A DNA stretch of 64,000 nt, from the NCBI GenBank assembly GCA_950097015.1, contig CATNEN010000038.1:12276001-12340000 (forward strand), given 5' to 3'. Each line of letters starts with the position of its first letter. Positions within the stretch are counted from its first letter, which is position 1. The translations under genes were made by a program, and so were the position numbers. Source of the stretch: Macrostomum hystrix (Eukaryota; Animalia; Platyhelminthes). Shown here one piece after another: positions 53,975 to 64,000 of the stretch. A model generated the notes under the pieces. It saw only the letters and a list, made by a program, of their open reading frames with translations, was not told where the DNA came from and ran no database searches.

Positions 53975-56923
53975 TTTTATGTTCTAAAGATTTAAGACTG
54001 AAATTTATATAGCAACGTTAGACATGGCTTCCAGAGAATAAAAAACAAACATTTGGGGTATTGATGGTTTCAGAATGCTATTACCTTTTTAAAATTAGAA
54101 TGTCAAGTATTTCAAAATCCTGACCTCATATATCAGTTTTGAATAACAATCATTTAGGGCAAATTTCTCTTTTCACTGATTGTCTTCCAAATCTAAACCA
54201 CTTCTTTTGGTAACTGGTTGTTTTGGCCATAGTCATTTTCAGTCAATAAATAACAATTTTGGCCAAAAACCATTTCAGCCTTAAGCTGATTTGGCCCACT
54301 TGTAAAATAATTAACAATGTATTCATATAGAAACTTTTATTTAAATTAAAAAGTTGGGTCTCTTCTTAAAATCTGATAATTTAGATTTATTACTAGGCCA
54401 GAAAGAAATATATATATAAACATTTATATATTACTTTTTTGTACTTTTACTTAAACACAAAAGTTTTGAATATTTATTGAGCTGATTTATTGTATAAATA
54501 TATATGTTTAGATTTTGTATTTGGTGTAGCATCTAATCTAGATTCTATATATTAATTTATATTTAATAAAGCAGACAATAGCCTATAAGACACTATTAGA
54601 CTACTGAAGTATTATAAAATATAATGATGTATTAAATGGATTAACCTAATTTGAGATTATCTATAAAATTTCTATTTAAAGATGTTTTTAAATTTTTGTT
54701 TTTATTTGTGTTCTACACATTGTTTCACACTTTGGTAATGCTTCAAATTTTTATCCCATGGTAAATCTAAAGGTCTTAGCTTTTCAGCATAGCAATCCCT
54801 AATAGAGCAAATTAAAAAAAGCTGCAGACTTCTGCTAGGCGCGCAGGTGCGCAGTTGGTTTCAAGAAAAAGAGTGCAAATCCACAATTGCTATATATCTT
54901 CAGTCTGACTCAATGTATTAATTTATTTCACAAAAAAATGTCAAACGACCTTTTCTCCTTTTGATCTCCATAGTGTATTTCTAAAAATAGAACAGGTACG
55001 TGGTGATTTCACAAAAATATGGACGCATATACCAAATGACCTTTTTTGATCTCCGTAGTGTATTTCTATAAATAGAACAGCTAAGGTTGTCTTTTTGAAC
55101 TCGGGCACTGCGGAGCAAGGGCGCACTGTTTGGTATACATCTACATACTTGCATCAACTTTACACACACAAGGCGCGGCTGCGCAGACAGGAATTTCTTT
55201 CTGTGCAGTGGCGCAGACAATTTTTCACAAGTGCACCGTATGCTGTCCGCAAAAACCCCTATTGGCTGCAATAGGGATTGCAATAGACTGAGTGGATTTA
55301 TTTTTTAGCATTGTCATATCTAAATGGATTTTTTCAATGCTTAAATCCCTAATTTTACCTCTGTTAAACACTGCTGATTCATAGTAAAAAAGTGGCATAT
55401 TTGTAAGAATTTTCTAGTGTACACAATACCCTGGCATATAGGGCTGCATACACATGGTATACACAATAATTGTCTGTGAAAAGTAATGGCATACAGTTTT
55501 TTCTAAACAGATGTTTGTTTATAGCAGCAGTATATTCCTGTGTGCCATAGCACAATTTGCATCCACATTAGTGATTTTCTAGATCCAGAAACTCATAGTC
55601 TTGGGTTTCAAGGAACTTACTTTTGGAAAAACCAAAATCAGGTCACCATTTTGGATCTCAGATATTTCAAAAAGTTCCATTTATTACTCATGCAAAAAAA
55701 GTAAATAAAGCATATGAAAGAAATAAAAGTACAATTTAAGTATCAAAGTTTGACATTAAGTTTACATTATTATTTTTATATAAAATAAAAAAGCTTAGAA
55801 CTAGTTTTTCATTGCCATGCAGTTAATATAAAAATTTAAATTTATGTTTTAGTTCACAGAATCTGTCAAAATTATACAAATTTTTTTCTACTTTTATTTG
55901 AAATTGTTTTAAAATTCTAAAGAATGTATCAATTAGTTTTAATTTAATGTTTTACCAATGATGTGTTTTTTTGTTCTTTTATTTTACATATTCTTCATTT
56001 CCTAAATTTTGCTCTTGTTATAATTATTAATAAATTAAAAAACTTTTCTGTTTCATTTTCTCACAACTTTTCTCAAGTAGAGTTCTTTTTTAAGAGTTTT
56101 TTAGTCTTATTATACCTTCTTTGGCAACTTAATATACTGTTCATGTATAAATGTACAAACATTGTTACTAGGATTGTTGAATCACACTGTCACAACCATG
56201 ATTTTTTGGTTTATAATATTTTAGGCATTCACTTAGCATACACTTGCACTTCCTATACTTAGCATCAGATTTTTTGTGAAATTTTCCTGTGTACACTTGC
56301 CACCTACCTGACTATGGCTTATGGTGAAGTGTAACATGGCAATGAAAGTATATATATCTGATGGTGAGAGAGTCATGGCAGATGTATACACCTGTATTCA
56401 GAGCATATGCCTGTGTTGCTATTAATGTGTCAGTTAAACAGTTATTATTTAGGATTATTTAACAGGTTTTTTATTTAGGATTAAAAAAAAATAGCTTGGC
56501 ATTATGTACCTTTAAACAAAATTTATAATTTCTAAAAATAAAGCAAAATTTTGGTTTTGTCTTAAATTGTTTCATTTCCATTTCATTATGCATTGTGTGC
56601 ATTGTTTTATTTGTGTGCATGGGTGATCAGCATAGTAGTTAGAGATCAGCAAAATTGGCATAATTGCCTTTGCTGGCTGTAGGTATAGTGTCACTAAATA
56701 ATGTGCCATTGTTTGCAAAACTTCTGCATTTATTATTTTTTAGAGACATAATATAATATTAGTGGGGCTAAAACATGTCTATGATTTTATTGAAATGAGT
56801 CTTAGTGCTCAGGATTTACTGTGAGTAATCTTAGTATATATATGTATTTTAATTGATGCTCTATTTTTTCAATTAAGGCTCTCAATAAATATGCTAATTA
56901 ATTATTTTTTTGTTATTTTAAGT

Positions 56924-57301
56924 CAGGGGTTGGCAAACTCCGGCCTGCGGGCCAGTTACAGCCCTCGAAGCTCCCAAATCCGGCCCGTTGCCCATTCCAA
57001 CACCTACAGTAGGCCTATCCTGTCTCATCTCTCCCCTATCTCGTCTCTCCCCTGTCTCATCTCTACCCTGTCTTATCTCTCCCCTGTCTTATCTCTCCCC
57101 TGTCTCATCTCTCCTGCCGTCTCATCTCTCCCCTGTCTCATTTCTCCCTTGTCTCATCTCTCCCCTGTCTCATCTCTCCCCTGTCTTATCTCTACACTGT
57201 CTCATTTCTCCCCTGTCTCACATTTCTAAAGTCAGTGCGGCCTGCTGTGGTCTTTAAGGTTCTCTCTTTGGCCCGCTAGCCAATAAGTTTGCCGACCCCT
57301 G
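56924..57301. mobile_element. hAT (Charlie-type) non-autonomous element carrying a minisatellite
   Basis: TIRs CAGGGGTTGGCAAACT / AGTTTGCCGACCCCTG. Perfect 8-bp TSD TTTTAAGT (56916-56923, 57302-57309). Subterminal CGGCC/GGCCCG motifs. Confidence 0.92.
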
Positions 57302-58143
57302 TTTTAAGTGATTTGTTAATTACATTGAGTTATAACTATTTCTTGCCTAAAAATTATTATACCTTCAATCCTTCAACAAAGTTTTTGTGAATATTTCTAA
57401 ACAATAAACTAAGCATAAGGCTTAAAAATACTTACAAATTTATTTTAGTTGTAACAGACATAACATATTGTTATTTTTTTTGGTATTGCAAAAAATCATC
57501 AAAACATAAACTTTACTTTTTGTTAAAGGTATGGTAATAAAATTAATCATTTATTAAAAAAAACAATTATTACCTTCTTTTCGTTGCATGAATGATGAAC
57601 AACATGACATTATGTACAAGTGTTGTACTACAAAGTGTTTTGTAAGTTATAAAATGGGAAAAAATCGTAGTTCTTATGTCTTAGAATAAAGTTTTTAGTT
57701 TTTTTAATATTTACAAGCTTTATCTTTATATTAAAAGCCCATTTTGTATTTAGTAAAAGCTGTTTTGGTATGTAAAGTAATAAAGGAGGTTATTAAATTA
57801 ATTTTTATAAACTTTTTGAAAAATGGAAAATTTACATTTTTATCAAAATAAATTCTTTTCGTGCTGCTAAAATTTGCAGTCGTTTGTATTGGCGAGGACG
57901 CACTAAGAACTGGCATTAGATATGTCGTTAAGTAAGTAGCTTTGGTGCTTTGATGCTTTGCTTTACAATACTTACTGATGGTTAATCTAATAAAAAAGTA
58001 AATATAGGCCAATCTCAGAATTTAATGAGAAGACATAGGTGAGCTAATGGACTGTAGATACAAGTATAGATATTTTAGATACGCATGAACAATCCGAGTG
58101 TTACATTTGTCAATTTTTTACTTTATTTTTTACTTTTCGCCAG

Positions 58144-61100
58144 GAAACGGAGGCGACAATGGCGGCGGTGGCAACGGCGGCAACGGCTCCGGCGGCGGCG
58201 GCGGTTTCGGCGGCAGCAGCGTGTGGGCTCCGACCAGCGTCTCCGGCGGCTGGAGCTCCGAAGTGGCGCCCGGATCCAACGCAGCTGCCGGTGACGCAGC
58301 CAGTTTGAAACTTGACGACTCCGGCAAAAACGCTTGGGGGCAGCTCGACGGAACAATTGGGACTGACTCTGCTGCTGCTGAAGCTATTCAACAACAGCAA
58401 CAGCAGCAGCCGCCGAGGTCCGCTGGCGCAGGCAGTGGCAGCGCCTGGGGCGGCGAATGGGACGCCTCCGGCGTCATCTCACCGACAACCGACGCAGCCA
58501 AGTCGATCGCCAACGCTACTTCGTCTTCGTCAACGGCTGCTGCTCAACCGGCACTGTCCTCGCCAACTGGCATGTGGTCCTCGGCTGGCCTTGGCGCCGC
58601 CTCCTCCATCTGGGGCGCCGGGCCGCAGCAGCCGCCTCCGCCGGCAATTCAAGCTGGCGACTCTGCGGCTGCGGCAACATCGCCAAACACGCCCGGTGGC
58701 AGCTCGGTGGAAGCGGTCTGGATGTCCGGCGGAGGCGGCGGTAGCGGCAGCGTAGCCGGAGGTTGGAAATCGGGGCCAGCCTCAAACCAAGACGATTTCT
58801 CTACTCAACTGCGACAGCAGCAGCAGCCGCCGACTGTAGCACCGGCGGGTGCGCCAGCCGCCTCGGAGGATCCATCGTCTACTGGTGGCGGCCCCGCCAT
58901 GGACGCCATTGTCAATAGCAACGACGGGTGGGGCAGCCGGCCAATCAACCAGACGACACCCTGGGATCTCGGCGCCGCTGACGCCGCACTGGCGGCCGCC
59001 TCGGTTAGGCCAGGCGAGAGTTTAGTGTGGAATCAGGAGCCTAACAACGGCACGGCCATCTGGGAGACCTACTATGAGAGTCGGGGCGAGCGGCCTGGCC
59101 GATGGGACCGCGGCCAGCAGCCGCCGCCGCCCAGCATGGATGCTTTCCAGTCTGGCGGTCAGCCACCGTGGACTGGCGGCTGGAACAGCGCCGAACCCGA
59201 CGCCGAGCCCTGGTCTGGCATCGGTGGCGGTCATCAGGGCGCCGGCCTGCCGCACCAGATGATGCCGCCGCATCCCAAGCTTCATCAGCAGCCGCATCAT
59301 CATCAGCAGCAGCCGCCGCCTTCGCTAACTGGCAGCCAATCGCATAGCAGCAAGCCGGAGATGCGGGCTACGCTGATTCGCCAGCTAGTTGAGTACGGCT
59401 TTAGTCGCGAGGAGGCCACCCAAGCCCTCATTAACAATAATATGAGCCTAGAGGCTGCCGTTCACGAGCTTCGCGGCAGTTCTGGTGGTCCACCGCACCA
59501 GCCGCCGCATCGAGCCGTCGCTGCTGGCGGCTTTCCGCCGGGCGTCGGCGGTGGCGGCGGCGGCGGCATTCGCGGCGGCGCTCCACCGCCACAGATGCGT
59601 GACCAGATCATGCGCCAGCTGCAGGTAAACTGGATGTCTTCGTGTCTTGCGCAAGAAATCAAATTGTTTCTTTTAGTTTTAGTATGAGACTCAAACTCCC
59701 GATGTCTGGGTCAGAAGTCCGTAGTTCTAGTCCTTTTCCAACTTGTATATGGAAATTAGACGGAGAGGAGATCAGCCACATTCGGGTGACATGCTGATAA
59801 ATTTTAAAGGCCTGGCAAGGCCGCAAAGCGCAGTGCAAATTTGGCGGTGTATGAAAGTCACTAGCTCATGATTATCTTAATTGTCTGAAGAGCTAGCGAC
59901 TTGATTGTGGCTTTAGAAGATGTACCGTGTTCTTGAGTTTCGTGTGCTTGCGTTGCTCCGTTCGGGTGCAGCACAAATCACCCCCTTGGCATTTTTACTT
60001 TTAATAATAAACTTGCCTGTGGATTAGTAAAAGTCAAGAACGTATTGTGAACAGAAGGATAGCTCACTGTTGGTTATGGCTTGGAAGGCTGGGTTATGCC
60101 ATATCAAAATGCGACATGATTTTGTTACTATTTATTACTATTTAAACTAATATTTCAGGCTGTTGTGCACCGCGGTATGATGGCCGGTCCGCCGCCTATT
60201 CAGCAGCAGCAGCAGCAGCAGATGCCGGGCCAAATGCCGCCTTCAATGCAGCAGCAGCCTGACACCAAGATGATTCAGCAGCAGCTGCTGCTTGGCCAAA
60301 ATCAGCTGGCAATGCTCACTGCTCAGCAGCAAAAGCTGGCGCTTACCATGCGGCAACAGGTAGGTCTGCGATTTTTGACTGGCCTTGGATGCTGTCCATA
60401 GACATTTTTCTTTATGGATATAAGTCTATTTATATATATAATCAATATAGCCATAGAATGATGATCTGAGACTATTTTTAACCATAGGATGATGATCTGG
60501 GACTATTTTTAACCATAGAATGATGATCTGGGACTATTTTTAACCATAGGATGATGATCTGGGACTATTTTTAACCATAGGATGATGATCTGGGACTATT
60601 TTTAATCATAGGATGATGATCTGAGACTATTTTTAACCATAGGATGATGATCTGGGACTATTTTTAACCATAGGATGATGACCTGGGACTATTTTTAACC
60701 ATAGGATGATGATCTGGGACTATTTTTAACCATAGAATGATGATCTGGGACTATTTTTAACCATAGAATGATGATCTGGGACTATTTTTAATCATAGAAT
60801 GATGATCTGGGACTATTTTTAATCATAGGATGATGATCTGGGACTATTTTTAACCATAGGATGATGATCTGGGACTATTTTTAACCATAGGATGATGATC
60901 TGGGACTATTTTTAACCATAGGATGATGATCTGGGACTATTTTTAACCATAGGATGATGATCTGGGACTATTTTTAACCATAGGATGATGATCTGAGACA
61001 ATTTTTAACCATAGGATGATGATCCGGGACTATTTTTATTCATGAAATGATGAACTGAGGAATTTTGTATGCGATGAATTGAATATTTATATATTGCATG

Positions 61101-62369
61101 TAATATTCAATAGTTATGTCCAATGTCAGGATCTGGGTCAGTTGTACTTTTAGGACTATTAAATAATTTAGTCGTTACTTACGAAAGGACTAATATAATT
61201 CCTGAATTCACACCCATTTCCTCCGCAGGGCCAGATGAATCCGATGTACAGTCAGCAGGTCACGCAGCTGCAGGAACTGGTGGCCAAATCTAATCAGCTG
61301 AAGTCAAGCATGCACCAGCTCACTCAGCAGATGCGGGCTATGGAACTTGGAGGCGGCGGTGGCGGCCTGGATGGCCGTGCCCTGGCTCCGGGCATGCCGC
61401 ACATGGGACAGCAGCAGCCGCCGCAGCAGTCGCAGTCCAGGTTTGAGGCTTGGAGCGGCGGTCTTCGTGGCGATGATCAACGTGGCATGGGGCAGCAACA
61501 GCAGCAGGCTTCCCAGCTGCACGCCAGCCTGTCAAATCCCAACCTGATGGGCGGACCGCATCCGGCTTTTCATCGCTCAATGTCGGAGATAGCACCAGGC
61601 GGCGGAGTCAATCGCGGTGGAGGCGGCGCCGGAGGTATTCCAGGCGTGATGGACGGCATTCCGGAGTTCGTACCCGGCCAGCCATGGGGTGGTGGTGTCA
61701 CCGGAGTTGGTTAGTATTTCAGAAAACAAGTAACGTTAATTAAACTTTCACGCATACTACTGTTTTAGCATGGCAAGTAGTGTGGTGGAGACATTTTTCT
61801 ACCAAATTCATTTTGCTTACTTTAATGTATAAATTTGTATAGGCGGCGGCGGCGGCGGCGCTGCAGTTGGTCGCGATGTCGATATTTCAATCGGTGGCGT
61901 CGGCGCCGGTGGCGGCTTGTTCTCCGTCAGTCACGAATCTTTGGAGCACCACCTGGGCGGTGGTTCGTCTCGAGTGCGAGGCGGCGGAGGCGGCGGTATG
62001 TGGCAACAGCAACAGCAGCCAGGACTTGGCCAGCGGTGCTGCCTGTTCATGCGCCAGGTTAGTCCGCAGGTGAATCGCGACGTCCTGAACAAGATCTGCA
62101 ACCAGCAGGGCCGGGTCCACCGGCTGCAGATGCACCCGGGCAATCTCTGGGCCCTAGTTCGATTCAGCTCGCAGGACGAGGCCGAGAAGGCCCAGAAGAA
62201 TATTTTGAGTCTAGCCAACAATTTAGTTTTGGCCACCGATCAGGAAGCCGAACGTCTAGTCCAGATTGAGTCTGGCGTTGTCGGCGGAGGCGGCGGTGGC
62301 GGCGCCGGCGTCGGCGGCTGGGGCATCGGCGGCTCGTCATCAAACTGGTCCGATGTCGACCAGATGTAA
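58144..62369 (+). CDS. TNRC6: GW182/TNRC6 (gawky) miRNA silencing effector, 5'-incomplete, 4 exons identified
   Basis: Exons 58144-59624, 60159-60359, 61229-61709, 61843-62369, phase-consistent. GW/WG repeats with Ago-hook-like GWGSRPINQTTPWD and NNGTAIW; UBA (LIRQLVEYGFSREEATQALINNNMSLEAAVHEL); Q-rich region; QSRFEAW; PAM2 IPEFVPGQPW; RRM (LFMRQVSPQVNRDVLNKICNQQG..ALVRFSSQDEAEKAQ). Confidence 0.93.
59759..59990. repeat. Dispersed repeat family D, copy 2 (GW182 intron)
   Basis: Similar to 37903-38213. Confidence 0.85.
60451..61040. repeat. 31-bp minisatellite (ACCATAGGATGATGATCTGGGACTATTTTTA) in a GW182 intron
   Basis: About 19 copies. Confidence 0.95.
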
Positions 62370-64000
62370 AGGAGAAGTCCTATTGACACTCCTGGCTGGG
62401 ATAAAAATAATAACTGTCTCGATTTTTCATTTCTGTCGATGGCCTGAATGAATTATATTAATAAAATTCGGTAAAACAAAAAACTATTGGGTAAACAGCT
62501 TGAGTTACTGTACACATCATTCTTGACCGTGAATTCCTCGTCAACTAGTTAGTTCACCTAATTTCATATGCTAAAAGGGGAAATTTCGGGATTTAGAAGG
62601 CATTATGAATTGTGTTTAGTCGTCAGAATAAGCACCGCCTTAGCTAGTGTTGTCATCACCCGCTTTTGTTTCGTTAGTTCGACGTAGCCAATCATGAAGC
62701 ATCATGATTTAGTTTGCAATGATCGCCTAATCGTTTGTTGTGCTCTCTCCAATGCGATTTTTCTGTCTCTCTGTTTTGGTAATAATAATTCTAATGATTG
62801 TTTAGCTTTGCTCCCACCCGACACCCCTTTCCCCTGCAATCAGCTCGCATCAGTAACTTTTCTTTATTTGTTTGTTTGTTTGTTTGTTTGTTTGTTGGTT
62901 TGTTTGTTTGTTTATCTAGAGAATCGCGCTTCTGCTTGAGGCTCAAGGAATAATAATTAAATGAATCAATGAATTTAGACAGCTCACAGTTCTTGTGCCA
63001 GTTCTCCTAAGTCTCTGTTTTTCTCTTATCTATCGGTTCCAATGTATCAGTTTATAAATATAAATGTAAGCTATGTATTATTGCCCCGCCCCCGCAAAGC
63101 ACATCGCGTCAGTACCGTATTGCTACAGAGTCTTTCAGCTAGCAGATTGGCCATGCTCACACAGACGCTGAGTTCTACTCCAGTTACCATTTGTGTCTGT
63201 TTTATATGCATATACACACACAGAATCGTTGAAGCATAAACAGCAGCGTAAGGGTTAGCGAGTCACATGCGCTGCCTGCTGTCTGTGTTTTATTTTCGAT
63301 TTCAGTTTTACATAATCTATTTTTTACAATACATCAGACCCCCTCACAAAACCGCCGATTTGCGAATTTGGGTGTGTCGCGTTTGTCTCTGTGTGTTATT
63401 TTAATCCCACGTTTTACTACCGTCAATTCTAGTGGGAGAGTTTTGTGTTTTCAAATTTGACTTTCCTAATAGGCGCTAATCCCTGTTAAAAGCTGGATAT
63501 TTTGTGATGCTTCTGCGCGACTTTTTTCTGAGTAAGTGCATTTTTAATGTTGAACGGGCTTCTGCTATTATGTGTGTTGCGATCCACGCACACACATTGC
63601 TAACTGCTTTGCCTAATGCTGACCATGGCACTTTGATTGGACTGAAAGCCAAAACTTGATCAATACTAGTGGAACAAAGACTGATTAGTCGTAAGTTGGA
63701 ACAAAAATCTAACTAGGTCAGTTAGAATTCTGCGGAACAAAGACAGGCTTTGTTTCCGTTAGAATGGTGTAGATTGTAGAACAACGACTCTCTTTGAAGT
63801 CTTTGTTAAAATAATCAAACTAGGTCAGAGTGAATTCTTCGAAACAAAGACTCAGCTCAGTGAAAAGTTATAACAAAGAGGAGCTTAACCTAGTTATAAA
63901 AAAGCCCACTTTAGTAGATTTGAAACAAAGACTTTCTGCAATCAAAGTGGCACAATGGTGGCGTTAGTTTTTTTAGCGAGCACAGTTGCCCAGCTTCGAC

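Noticed and set aside
60451-61040. Intronic C/D snoRNA cluster (ATGATGA..CTGA)
   Set aside because: The boxes are adjacent within a 31-bp tandem unit, mostly read CTGG, and have no guide region.

Overview
Repeat-rich, intron-containing eukaryotic (metazoan) DNA. There are no prokaryotic features. TTAGGG-type telomeric repeats, poly-Q/A/G-rich coding exons and srw-like GPCR and WSC genes suggest a lophotrochozoan, possibly a free-living flatworm such as Macrostomum (inference, not verified). Eight host genes were reconstructed by hand: an intronless LicD-family protein, an 11-exon CDKL kinase (KKIAMRE/TDY) head-to-head with a 7-exon ketohexokinase, a BMT5/DUF2431-like methyltransferase, a peptide-receptor-type class A GPCR, a secreted WSC+PAN-like protein, an intronless GT32 glycosyltransferase and a GW182/TNRC6 homolog whose 5' exon was not found. 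Mobile DNA includes two tRNA-derived SINE families (one CORE-like, plus one chimera), an inverted RTE-like LINE relic, a hAT MITE and a Merlin-like MITE with perfect 8-bp TSDs, and many minisatellites. The most striking observation is an APE-RT non-LTR retrotransposon (27189-30016) whose ORF carries the C-terminal half of a ubiquitin-like domain (RTL-x10-LHLVLRLRGG) directly before the endonuclease. This suggests processing of the retroelement protein by host deubiquitinases.
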